From Vicugna vicugna (lineage: Eukaryota), in the NCBI GenBank assembly GCA_013265495.1, contig MU062062.1, forward strand, positions 2,638,406-2,702,405: 64,000 nt of DNA, read 5' to 3'. The position numbers and the translations under genes are program-made. The notes under the pieces were generated by a model. It ran no database searches, was not told the origin of the DNA, and was given only the letters and a program-made list of their open reading frames with translations. Shown in pieces: positions 1 to 13,100 of the stretch (position 1 is the first letter of the stretch; the number at the start of each line of letters is the position of its first letter).

Positions 1-946
1 ATACAAAAAGTATACATTTTCTTCTTATGTAAATTATAATTCTAAGTTATTGTAAAAAGCAGGGCAAGGGGAGAGAATTGGTTACTCTCCTAATGTTGTT
101 GTTGCCCCTCTAACAGATTTCTCACAAATAAACTTTAAAAAGTTCTGGGCGGCATAGGCCACATCACTGTGATAACAAAATACTGGTTTAAGTATCCTTT
201 ACAAACATTGTTGTGTTAAAGAAAAAGTTGTGTGTCTTGATTTAAGACAAATTACCATCTCTCTTATTCTCATTAAGTGTTCTAGACCGACTCCCATCGG
301 TTCTTCCTCCTGGCATCTCACGTAACTCACCTATATGTAGGGTCCTGAGTGTTATTCTTACACTGAAGTTTAAAAAACAAGTACACCAGTAATTTAGTCT
401 CGAAAACCTTCTAGGTGAGAAGTTATCAAATGAATACTACCTCCATTAATTTTAATGAAAAAAGTGACATATTTTTCTCAATCCAAAATATACAGTTTTC
501 ATAGATAGCAAAATCAAATAAATAATGAAAATTTTGTGTAGGAAATGAAAGTAAAAATGAATGCATTTAGTTTGATCACAGAGTGTAGTCTGTATAATGG
601 AATGAGTTACTGTCCTTCCCAAAGGATGAGGCAAAGACTTTTTAAGGTGCACAGAAAACATTTGGTTTCTCCCCAAACTCTTGAGTGGAGAAAATTGGTG
701 AGTATGTCTTTGTCCAAGAGTGTAAAAACTTTTTATAGAATATTTAAGACGTTTTGGATGAAGACTTGAGTATACTAAAAAAATCTTTTGTCGTCTGAAA
801 AGCAGTGTAAGTTTTCAGGTGTGTTCGGAGCAGAAGCTGTTGACCAGTTGGAGTGTGAGGTGGGCCTGCGTTTGGGCGTTTGGAGAGGGCCTGGCCCGGG
901 CATGCTTCTCTCCGCGACGCACAGCAGATCACTTCTCCTTCGACAG

Positions 947-1156
947 ACACCTCCTCCGGCTCGGAAGACGAAGGCTCAGTGCAGGGTGACTCCCAGGGCA
1001 CCCCCACCTCCAGCCAGGGCAGCATCAACATGGAGCACTGGATCAGCCAGGCCATCCACGGCTCCACCACCTCCACCACCTCGTCGTCCTCCACCCAGAG
1101 CGGGGGCAGCGGCGCCGCCCACAGGCTGGCTGACGTCATGGCCCAGACGCACATAG
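947..1156 (+). CDS. DIP2C: DIP2C exon, 210 nt (DTSSGSEDEG...MAQTHI)
   Basis: Acceptor cttcgacag|AC, donor ATAG|gtgagt; phase 1-1. Confidence 0.97.
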   Translation, partial: TPPPARKTKAQCRVTPRAPPPPARAASTWSTGSARPSTAPPPPPPRRPPPRAGAAAPPTGWLTSWPRRT

Positions 1157-4100
1157 GTGAGTGCCCTGCGGGGCTCCTTGTCCGCAGTCTTCTCATCCTT
1201 TTAGGTCTGGGCGCTACGGGGCAGCTGGGCCCTTTCTCTGGGATTTCCCTGTCTGTGCATCATGGCCGTGGAATCGCCCGAAGGCAGCTCAGCCCCGCTC
1301 ACTCTCCTGGGCTGCTTTGCTGCCTTCGGGCGGTTTTCTGTTGTGTGAAACCCTTGGTTTTACCACTTTTTGGGCCCAGACGTGCTACCACTGTAATTTC
1401 AGGAGTTTTCTGCTAGTAGAAGAATGCATTCTTGTTCACTAGGGAAACTTGCAGCCGTATCTGGTTGTATGTTTTCTTAGACTCACCTATGCTAAAATAC
1501 GCTCTTAAGTGAAAATTTAATTGTGCTGGTAAACAAGGTGGGGGACTTCAGAGTGAGCCTGCCCTCACTGTGGGGGTCACTGAGGAAGGGGAAGCTTTCA
1601 TCACTGCTGCCTGTGCGGTCTTCTGCTGTGGGTGTGGGGATTTCTGGGGCTGTTCATGCTACTTCGTGTGTGACGTCCCTGATGAGTGAGATCCTCTGTA
1701 TTGAAAAAGCAGAGTTAGCATTGGCACCACGTTTGGAAATAGTGTGAAAGTGAGACTAGGTAAGAAACACTAGAGGAGAGGCCTGTTGGATGGCAGTGGG
1801 CCTTGTGAGATGGGGTGAGTACCGCCCAGGGTTCTCTGCCTCTGCTTGAGGCCTGCAGCTCAGTGTGCCACGCTCATCAGGTGTGCAGTCCACATCTGTT
1901 CTGGCCCATTTCCAGCTGTGGATTAAGATTTTTAAATATTTCAATAATAAAAATAGTCATAAATTACTTGCTTTGAATGTGGTGCCAAGATGGTTCAGTA
2001 TGCTCTCTATTCAAACGGCGTGGACTAGGGTCAGTGGTTGATAACTGAGCACAGGACAGGGGCACACTGTCCTCTCACATCTGAATTCATATCCGAAAAA
2101 TCCACTGTAGAAAACGGGTAAGTGAGATGAATGTGTTAAATACTTTGTGAACGTCTCAGACTCACAGAGTACTTACTTCTAGATTATTGGCTACTTGACA
2201 GAGTCAGGAATTCCAGACCGACTTCTTAGGACTTGGCCTCAACAGCACTCGCTCAGAATGAAGTTGAGGTTTTTCAGAATCACCGAGGAGACCGGTTGTC
2301 CACCTGCAGGACACAGGCAGCCGGTCAGGAGAGCTGGGTCTGGTCCCTGCTCGCATGCTAACGGCTGTTGGCTTCTTCGGAAGTCACTTCTTCCTGCCTT
2401 GGTTTTCTGGTGGAAAGAGAAGGTGATTTTTTCCTTTGTACCTCTCCATTATGAGTAAAAAGAAGAAGATTCTTCACAGTTCTTAAAGTACCACTCACGT
2501 GCAAAGTGGTACTATTAAATTTCAACTTAAAATGCTTTCGGTACCAGGCACTGGTTAATGTGCACTGAGAACTTCTGCTTGAAATCACAGTAAGAATCTT
2601 ACTATGTACATAATAAAAACAGAAATGTGTGACCATTAAACGTTTTTAGGTACTAAAATTTCTTCCTGTGTGTGTTTTGGAGCCTGAGTCAGTTAACTTT
2701 TAAGGAAATATGAGAATCTTACCAAGAGAAACACATAATTTTAAGCAAATTACTCTCTGCCTTTGGATCTGCTTTTGTGAATTTACACGTGGAATACTGG
2801 AGGAAATTATAGCACAGAGAATTAAATTTATCCAGACCAAAAGGCTGCCTTGCTCGTGTGCGTGAAGTCTCAGAGTAACCTCAATATAGCTTCTGAGTGT
2901 ATGACAGTTCAGTAATTTCTAATTTGGCACAAACATAAGTTCCTAGAATATCTGGAAATTTTCTATAAATGTGAAAGAAATTTTGAAAGAAAGCAGTGGC
3001 AAACTAATAAAGGAAGGAAAGGAGAATTAAAATACGTTACTCCTGTGGCAAAGCAGAAGAAGTACAAAGTCAGAACTGGCAATAATCCAACCTTTGGTCG
3101 CGGTCATTGAGAGCGTACACGTGAGGGAGTGTGTGTGTGTGTGTGTGTGTGAGAAGAGGTTCAGGGTCAGTAAACCACCGCCTGTGGGTCTGGTCCCTCG
3201 AGGTGAGGTACTTGGGAAGAGTCTGTAGACACTTCTTCCCAGTGAGGGAGGAAGACAAGCGGGTAAAGACCACGATGCGTCTGCCACTCGGGGCTGTTCT
3301 CTGCCGTTGCTGTGGGGTCTTCGTGACGACACGGCCGGGCATCTCCATGCGCACCTCCAGCCAGGCTGGTTGCCGGGCCACGCGGCCCTTGCCGGGCGGT
3401 CTTTCTGTCTCTGGCTCTGCGTGATGTTTTTCACACCAAAGACGTTGACGACGATGGCTCAAGACGTTCCTCCCTGAGATGCCGAGGCCTGAAACCGCGG
3501 ATTTGTCTGCAAGACGGCGGCTCCCTGCAGCTCAGACAGGACTGCCCTCGCTCATCCAAGGCCCTTGCCCCACAGCGAGAACCAGAAAGTGTTTACTCAG
3601 AACCTCTGTGCATGGCACGTCCTTCAGACAATTTGAAAAGACAGGATTAATACCTCTAAAATATTTTATCATTATCAAAAGTTGAGGAGCACAATTGAGA
3701 ATAACCAGGAGAATTATAGCAATACTTTGAAACTTCAGGAGGCATATTTGTAGCAGGCATGAGAGTAAAATATTATAGGAATTAGCTACATAAAAGTGGA
3801 GAAGTTGCAGCAAAACTCTTAATACATTTCGAGACTGAGAAATAAGAACAAATCAGAATAGATAACCTACATTCAGGATCAAAGTGTGTATATTCAGAAA
3901 ATTAAAGAGACTTCTGCGTGAGCTGTTCTTGTTTTGTGGTTACAGATGTGTTGGTAAGGTCTCTGTCACCCTTTGTCACTGACACATCTGAGACGTCATA
4001 GGGTTTCATCTGCATGTGTTGGGGGTTTATTGTCATTAACCAGATATTTGTAGAAGTAACTGCCGTTCCCAGAATATTACAGAACTTATCGGCGTGAATG

Positions 4101-7100
4101 CTGCTTTTGGTGTGTGCTGTTTGCATCAGCAGGGACATTCTCCTCAGGTCGCTTGCATCCAATCCTGCTGGGCTGATGGATGTGCGCCCGTGCCTGACGC
4201 GTGATCGTCATGGAGCCTGGCAGTTGCGCCTGAGTCTGGATTCCAGTTTTCCAGGGAATTTGTTCAGAGGACTTGAATAGCTACCACTGTGATAGATTTC
4301 CCTAACTTATTTTTCTGTAATCATCCAGAGCACCAGAGAATTCTTTTATAAACTCTCTTCCAGTACTTTTCACACATTTACAGTCTTAAAGGATTAAATA
4401 CACATCGAGGATGGTGATATTATATCAGCAAGGCCTGCACACTTGGGGCTGGGGTCTCCATGCCACACCCTCTCCCCTCCCCTCCCAGCCGGGCGTCCCT
4501 GCAGCTAGAGCTTCATAATTCTTAAGGCAGGTGGGTGAATTTCTTCAGTGAAGGCCAGAGAATATTTTAGGCTTTGTAGCTCTGCTTTCTAGCCAAGAGC
4601 AGCTGTAGACAGTGAGCAGGGGGCTTGGCTGTGCACCCGCAGAACTGTATCAAAGCAGGTAGCAGGCCACCCCAGGATCCACAGTTTGCCGTCTCATTTT
4701 CTAGAGAGTGTGAAGCCACACTGCTGAGAAAGTAAGTGGGAAAAAGTGCATTTGACAACACGTGGCCGACTGGAGACTTGTCCGTGAATTCCTGCGCGTT
4801 TCTTCGGGCTCCTTGGGTGATTTCAGTACTCGGAGGAGCCTGGCTTTCTCATCGGCTGGCGTGACTGGGAATGTCTGGTTAGGTCTCTGTCTGGCTCGGA
4901 ACCCTGCCTCGTCTTGGTCGGTTGGTAGGACAGCCGAGGGCTGCACGGGTACACTCGGCTGAAGCTGAATGAACGCCCGTGGGTCTTTCCCGTCCGCTCG
5001 TCAGACGTCTCTGACCACCGATCCTTGTCTGACTCCGATGTTTCCGCGTCTCTCTCCATTCATGTTGTGCTGCTTTCTTCTGCAGAGAAGAAAGCTCCTT
5101 TTCCAGGGGTCACCTTCTCATCCTCATCCTGGGTCCCAGCTCCTCCCGCATCTGCCAGCTCACCTCTTTTCTCTTCTGTGTCTTCATTCCCCCATTGGTG
5201 AACCGGAGCTTTGGATCGCCTGCCTGCCTGCCCCACAGCCTGGTCCCCCGCCCCCAGTCCTGCCTCTCCTTCTGGTGGCTCCTCCCCCCACCGTCTCTGC
5301 TTGCTGGTCTCATCCACGCCCACAGGTTTCAGGGCTGCCTGCTCTTTCAGGACTTCCAGGTCTGCCCTGTTTTCACCAGTCCACACTTCAGACTGCTTCT
5401 TGCCCCTGCACGTCAGCCCCCCATACCCTGAGGTCAGCTCATCTGATGAGGAGCCCTCAGCCATCCTTGGCTTTTGCTCCCACCTACCAGCCATGTCCCT
5501 GTTCTGGGCGTGTGGCTGCCACGTGTCTTGCAAGCCTTCTTCCCCTCCATCACTGCTCCTGGGTCCAGGCACTTCACCTCCCACCTGGACTGCTGCAGCC
5601 CCTTCCAGCCTCGTATCTGTCCCTTTCACGATGTCCTGTACCTTCTTGCTATTAGAGGACAGATCTGCTCCTCTTTTCCCAAAAACTGCTTTGAAATTTT
5701 TGCTGCTCAAAACTGATTTTGCTAATTGGGATTTCATACTTAGAATCAAAGTAATGATTTCTGCACCCTCAAGTACCTTGACATTGGGTATGGTGTGTGT
5801 CCCGTGCTGCAGGAGACTTTGTTGGGCTGCAGCACCTTGGTGCACACAACAGAGAGACGCCTGTTCAGTCCTTCTCTTTCCCAGTGTTCAAGTGCACTTG
5901 ACTCAGAAAGTAGCGACACAGTCCTTCACGCTTTATGCTGTGAGTTTCACAGATTCTTTCCTGGAACTCGGGAGAGGAAAGGGTCCCCACACTGCAGGGT
6001 GTCAGGGCGCGGTGTCACTTGTGCCCTCGGCCATGGTGAGAAGTTAGCGGCGGCATTCTTGTGCCTTCAGAAGGTGGAGGTGATGCCCAGGGCACCTGGC
6101 CAGTGAGCGGTCAGCAGGAAGCATACACAGACCTGCCCGATGGAGGACTCCTTCCTGCTTGAGACACTCCAGTTTCACTCCCTCCTTGGCGCCTTTGGTC
6201 AGCCTTGGCCCTGCTTGTTAAAAACAGAGATCATTTCAGACCAAAGGGCAGTTAGACTTTGCATAAGCAATAAAAACTTCAGTGTCCCTGTCACAGTCCC
6301 GCTGAGTCTGGTCTGTGCAGGCCTGTGAAGATTAAAGCCCTTCGTCATGAACTGGAGTTTGTGGACATGAAAACCAGGATGCTGTTGTCTGCAGCTGGAG
6401 GTTCCTATTCTGATACTGAACGTCCGAAGATTGTCTGATGGTCACCATCCACCTTTATGGGATTTTTGTGGCATAAATGTGGGAGGGAGGCAGTTCCAGG
6501 TCTGAGACCCGTGTAATCCTGCTCAAGTCAACCTCTCAGAGCTTCGGCCGGAGAGACGTTTGAACGTAGAGCCAGCCAGCCCGCCTGACCATCTCCAGGT
6601 TTGGTCTGCACATGATTGCCGGCAAACCTGAAGAGCAGCTGTGAGTCGCCATTAGCAGCGCTGCACACTCCCACTCCCACTCTCGCAGGTGACGGGCTGT
6701 GCGACTCTCTCCCCGAGTGATTACAGACGCTTTCAAGATAGACCCTCACTCCAGCATCGTCGCACGTCACTCCTGGGGGAGACTCCAGCAGCGCTTCCCT
6801 CTTGGAGCCACGAGAGGAGGCGGTCCTGGTGACGCCGAGGCGGAGGCCCGCTCGTCTGGCGAGCTGCGCGTGGGAGGTGGGCTGGGTGGGCCTGAGCGGT
6901 CTTGCTCTGCGAGGCTCCTCCCTCCCTCAGCGTTGTGTCACCTCCCCGTTTTCACTGAGGAGCCCAGTTTGCCGCTGCTGCGTGGAGGGCGCAGCCCCAT
7001 CGTCGAGGAAGCTCGGCGGGCAGGTGGTCTTAGGGCCTGTGTCACTTCCGGCTCAGACAGTGGAGGTAGGGTTGACTGGGAGCCTTGGGTGGGCCCTTGC

Positions 7101-10100
7101 TGGCGTGTGGAAGGCTGGGTTCCCGCCAGCACGTCCCTCCTCAGCCACCGTCAGCCCACCATAAGCACGTTGCTTTCTTCACGTGAAAACCAGATTTCCT
7201 GTTTGCCTTCTCTCCACTGAAGTCATCTGGGGACTAATAATAACAGGCTGTGAAAAGTAGGGTCTCTGTGATCACTGACCCCCGAGATTCCCTGTTGTAC
7301 AGCTGGAATTAAAGAAAGCTGCTCTTCAGCCGGCGTTGGAACAGAAGCATGTTACCTCTGGTCGGCAAGTGCTCTCTAACGTGTTCATTCTTTGAATTGC
7401 TCCTCCAGCGCTTGCTCGGCACACGCAAATGTGGGCTGTGTGTTGTGCACCGGCAGCGTCTGCGTGGGACACAGTAGGCTGGACTGAGCGGACGCCCACA
7501 AGAGCAGGGGTCTAGGAAGGGTTAGTTCAGGGAAGCAGAGAATTTCCAAGGCAGAGTTGAGCAGGGAGACCAACCAGTGTCCTGAAACAATCATGGCCGG
7601 AAACAGCTGTCAGCAAGAGGCAGATCGAAGATAAGAGTAACAGACCAAAATGCAGAGTGGGCGGGGTGCTGTGCGTGAGTGGGACCCCTGGTACTGATGG
7701 CGCCAAGACCCTGTGCCTTTATTCCCGATTCTTAAGGATCCCGTGTCAGCTGCTGGGAGCAAAAGCCATGCAGGGGTGGATGAGATGGGATCCACCCACG
7801 TGGGAGCAGATGCAAAGGTGTCACCAGTAGCTCAGGGGCGGTCACAGTGGAGGTGACACTTGACAGGTGGCCGGAAGGATGCTGCCATTCTTTTGTTGAT
7901 TTTAAAAGCACTGGGAAATTGATCTAAGGGACAGTGGGTCCCCTGGCACAGAAGGTATCTTCAGAATGTTCCTGGTGTGCGTGGGCCTGGCTGGCCTCGG
8001 GCCTGGGACTGGTGAGCACTTAGACCTTGAACCTGCACTGCCAGCCCCACCCTACCTTTTCCTTACCCATCAACAGGTGTTTCTTGAACATCTGTTACAT
8101 GCAGATGTCCTTTAAATACTCCCACAGACAGGTAACTGAGTTAAATGCTTGGAGTGAATTAGGGCACCGTGTACCGGTGCCGTGGGACTTCCGACAGAGG
8201 CCAGCTAGCTGCTGGGTTTGTAGTCCTGTAGTGACAGCATACACAGGGAGTCTGAGGGGCGGGCTGGCATATAAATAAGCTGGGAGAGCACTTTGAAGTC
8301 ACGCAGCCATCACTGTTCCTATTTGTTAATCACCAGATATGTTGGAATTACTATTCTTCCCAACTTCAGAGTAGAAACACCGCAGTACTTCTGCCACCTG
8401 ACACAGACTCACCGTCGACGTGGCTCCAGCACAGCACAAATACAAGTAAATCTGAGTGGAACAGAAGAGACACTGCGAGCGGGTGTGTTAGCTGCCCTGG
8501 TTTTGTGTGACTGATCTGACATTTTGCTCATCACACGTTGGCATTTTTATGTTTTCATTTGAAATACGAGCCCCCAGTGAGTTGCTGCTCAGCCCTAGAG
8601 ACTTAGATTATTTTGAAACACGTGGCAAAATGTTAGGTGAAAGCACTGGTAGGGGTGATGAAAAGGATGGATTCAGTGCCTGAAACTTGATTAAAGAGGT
8701 GATTTGCGAGGTCCTCCTCTCTCCCTCTTACTCTTCCCTCAGTGGTCTGATAGAGTCCCAGCCTCACCCTCCTCCCTCCGACAGGTGCTCTTTTTCTGGG
8801 TTAAGAGCTAAGAAATTGCCCCTAAGGGTATGTGTCAGTTGGCTCAGGTGGCCACAACAAAGCACCTTAAACACAGCTTACACAACACACGTTCATAGGC
8901 TCACAGTTCTGGAGGCCAGAAGTCTGAGAGCACGGTGTCGGCCATTTCTTCTGTGGCCTCTCACCTAGGCGTGTAGACGGCCGTCTCCTCTGTGCGTGTC
9001 TGTGTCCTCATTTCTTCTAAGGACACCAGCGGGTTGAAGTAGGGCCCGTCCTAATGACCTCGCTGTACCTTAATTGCCTCTTTAAAAACCGCATCTCCAA
9101 ACACAGTCACCTTCTGAGAGCCCGGGGTTAGGACTGCAACATGTGAATTGTGAGGGGACACAGTTCCGTCCATAGCAGGCTGGACACTGTTGGAAAAGGA
9201 GATGTGAGGTGGGGACCTTGGCTCCCCACTGATGGGCCGTGTTTGGGTTGTTATCTTTACAGAGATCTGCAGTTCAGACCTGGAAAGATAGCTTCTAGCG
9301 TGGAGAGCGGCCCAGGCCTGTATTCTCTCCTCTCACATCTCTGTGCCTAGTGACAGCAGTGCCAGTGTCTGTTTATCTGCGTAATTGCCACTGTCCCCTA
9401 ATCACCTCCTTTCACAGGACAGGGAACTGCCCCCGGTGATCAGCTCTGAGCGTTGGATCTGAGGACCAACTGGGCAACTCCTGACGGCCGCAGCCTGTGC
9501 ACACTTTTACACACCTGCTGATCAGGGTGCCTGGCGTCAGGGGACTCCCGAGTCCAAGCACCCGGGATGCACTGGTCACGCTGGGTTGCTGCGTTTGAAA
9601 CTTGCCTGGGATCACCGACTGCTCTTCTGCGGCCTCATGTCTCCTTCGTGTGGGCCCCTCAGCACACGCGGGCTCACTGCCACGGAAGGCAGTCGTCTCT
9701 CCTGGCAGATTCCGTACTTGCCAGCCCGCCTACTTGTTAAAATTATTTTCAGCCTAAACTTAGTACCCGTGGGCCTTCTCCAGGTCGTTTCCAGACATTT
9801 GCACAATGACTAAAATCTGAGTCCCTGACGTGCGGGTTCCCAGCAGAGTCAGCAGGGCGACCCTCTGGCTTCTTGTTCAGCACAGCCCATAAACGTGTCC
9901 TTTACACGAGGCCCCTGTGTCCCTCCTCTTGTCCTTTTCTTTGATGCCAGCTTAGAACAGCCATCGTGTGGAGTGCTGAGGGGGCCAGCGTTCAGAGGAA
10001 GAAGGCCTCCAGTGCCTGCTCCCCCTTCAGCAGCACGAGGTAATGTGCTTCTGTCGCGTGGAACTGTGGGATCTCGACAGCTTTCTATCTAGCGAGGATT

Positions 10101-13100
10101 AACGAGCCAAAACTAGCAGTGTACTACCCGTTACTAGAGCTTAGCACCTAGAAAGTGCCATCGGTAGTCTCACTTGACATACTTTCCTTCGTGCCTTATT
10201 TAATAAACACAAAAGCGTGCTGTTCCTGTTTAACCGTTTAAGTGCTTAACTTTATCGTCAAGGAATGTTGTGGGGAAGGACTGCTGTCGTCTGATTGTGC
10301 AGAACATGGCACCCCATACCCATTAGGTTAAACATGTGTTTTGGAAATGATTGGACAGTTAAGTGTTACTCGTGCTGAAACAGGTGATAGACTAGTTCTG
10401 TTCCTGCATGTTCAGCTTCCATTAAGAAATGCTCCAACTTTACACGTTGACTCACTTTATCTACCTTACAAGAAAGTAGTCACTGTTGTTCCTATTTGAT
10501 GGATGAAGAGATTGAGGCAGAGAGAGGTCAAAACACTTCCCAAGATCTTAACAGTTTTGCAGAACTGGGATTCAAACCCCAAGCTCTCTGCCTCTAAAGC
10601 TTGAGCTCCTAACTGCCTCTGTGACAGACAAGGTTACTCTTTGGTGAACACATGACTTGCAATATCTCTTTTTCCACTGGCCGCTTGAAGACATTATTTT
10701 AATAAAGATGCTGCAGTGATTCATTGTTATGACTTCTGTTACGATACTATGTCTGAAGCTTTACTTACCTTTGTTCCATGTTGAGTAGTAGAAGTTATTA
10801 TAAAGACCCTCTTTTTGAATGTACTTTGTACTTTACCAAAGTGCAGTCAGTTTACAGCGTTGTGTCAGTCTCTGGCGTGCAGCGCCGTGGTGCCATGCTG
10901 AGACTTCTGTGGTTGTCTGTGATTCACAATCTTGGCTTCTTAGGATGTGGCAGTTTTGAAACCCTGTTGCTTGCTTAGCCTTCAGAGTAACTCTGTCATG
11001 ATAGTCAGAAAACGGACTGTTTGCTTTTTCACAGAAAATCACTCTGCGCCCCCTGACGTAACCACTTACACCTCAGAACACGCGGTACCGGTAGAAAGGC
11101 CGCAGGGCTCCACGACATCCAGGACAGCCCCGAAGTACGGCAACGCTGAGCTCATGGAGACCGGCGACGGTATGTCTTCCCGCGAGTGCTCCCTCCGCCG
11201 CCGTGAGCGCCGCCGCACTGCCCCTGGGGGCACCGTCGGCTCATTAGCTCTCCAGGGTCCTTAGGAGCCTCCCTAGAAGGGGGCAGTCACAGGAAGTGCA
11301 GACTGTCTCCCCACGGGCCAAGAGTTACTCCTTGTGGGAAAAGTGTCCACGTCGTAGGACGTTAGTCATGAGAAGAAAAAGATTTTGCAAGATTCTGCTG
11401 GGTTTTTTCCTAATGAATGACTCCTGTTGGTGCCACAGTTACGAAATTTGTGCAAATGTTAAGACTGTGAACAGTTACTTGGAAGGGCAAGATAGAGCTT
11501 AATTAAATGCAACCAAAATAACCGACAGAGACAGGCAGTGATGCTTCAGACTTGGGAAGAAAGAGGGTCAAAGTCTCAGTGATTTGGTAAATACACCCGT
11601 TAGGGTTCTCTGTTATTCCTCAAAACTTTCGTCTTAATATGTCTGCTGTGACTACAGTGGCCATTTCTATTACCCAACCTAGAGTAATGGACTTGAGCTT
11701 GAACCTCAGGCTTTATTATGCTTTCCTTAATCTCCCAGGGTCACGAAGCTTAGACTAGAACCCGATGACATAAAATGTTGTTTTCTTGGAAGACGACCAG
11801 AATAGCCTAGCGTGCCATCCATGCCACTATGATGCAGAGGTGATGAGGCCTGGACCAGCCTCTCAGGCAGACGCCGCTGCATGTGGGCAGAGCGCAGAGG
11901 TGCCTGTCCTGGGTCCTCCGTCAGTACATTTGAAGTCCCTCCAGTTTCCGTATGACTGGTTTCCCTGAAATGCTCTCAGTCTCAGTGTTTGATTTAGTTC
12001 TGTATTAAATTCATTGTTTGCTGAGCTGGTCATTACTGTTGTCATCCCCGTTTAGTAGCTTTGTTGTCTTTGAAGTTCATCATCTTCACCTGCTCCGCCA
12101 GGTAAATTCGCATGATGTCCAGTCCAGTGGTGCGATGGCCTCGTATCGGAACCACGCGGGGAACTTGTTAGATTCTGGGCCACACCTCAGACCTAGCATG
12201 TCAGAAACTCTGGGCTGGGTCCTGCGATGATTCATTTCTGTCGAAACTGAGCTGGAGAACCGGTGGCCCTGTGAAATGATCTCTAAGTCATCTGAACCAA
12301 ATTGAGTGAGACTGTTTAGTGGGGAAATAATGTGTTCAGATATTGGGAATTCTGGGTTGTCTATTTTTATATATTTTTAAGACTGTAAAATATTTGATGT
12401 CTCAATTCTGAAAATGCCCATAGGGTATTTTGAGACTACCCAATAAAATGGTTTTTATTTGATAGAAAAATTTCCTTGAATTCTCTCGCATTCATTCCAA
12501 AAGCTGAGTCCTGTTTCTGTGACACTGTGCCTTGCAGAAAAGGGCCCCACCTGGGTCACTGCGGAAAAGACCCCGTGGGTCGTGGCTCTGCAGGCTGTGA
12601 GCTGCAAGGTTTCCAAACCCATAGTCACCAGGTGTAGGGTACCTAGCGCCTTTCAGCAGGAGTGAGGTTTGCCCACGTAGGGTGCATTTGATCCAGTGAG
12701 AGATTCAGCACCTTGATGCTCCTTTTGTTCACTCATTTGAGATACTCACTGAAAAATTTTAAACTTCATGCCTTTCTCAGTGATCATTTCACTTACTCAT
12801 TTTTCTAAACGATGTCACATTTATTGTTGTAGGAAGTGTATTGTTATAAAATGGGGTTTATTTTTCTTAGAACATGTGGATAAATATGTGTTAGTTCTGT
12901 GTTATTACAGACATAATACTTAGGGACTTTTAACTGCTATGCTTCTAGAATGCATTGCCTAAATGTTCACTGTGAAGAATGTGGCTGAGAGACACATGGG
13001 GGATCTGACCCGGCTGTCACCTGCAGGAGGACAGGGCCTTCTGGCAGCACTTGGAGACCCCAGTCCCCTTGCTTTCATCAGGAAGTGTGGGGACGGCAGC

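Noticed and set aside
880-1300. CpG-rich stretch as an internal promoter
   Set aside because: The CpG density is mostly explained by the coding exon and regional GC content; no independent promoter evidence.
880-1416. ORF-track extensions around true exons (also 10947..11264, 25227..25706, 40902..41435, 43267..43755, 50920..51300, 62605..62994)
   Set aside because: The flanks are intronic read-through; DIP2C similarity stops at the GT/AG boundaries.
4969-6047. Three long overlapping ORFs (228 and 278 aa on +, 261 aa on -)
   Set aside because: They overlie a C/T-rich probable L2 relic where stop codons are naturally scarce. No recognisable domain, and the + ORFs depend on non-ATG starts.
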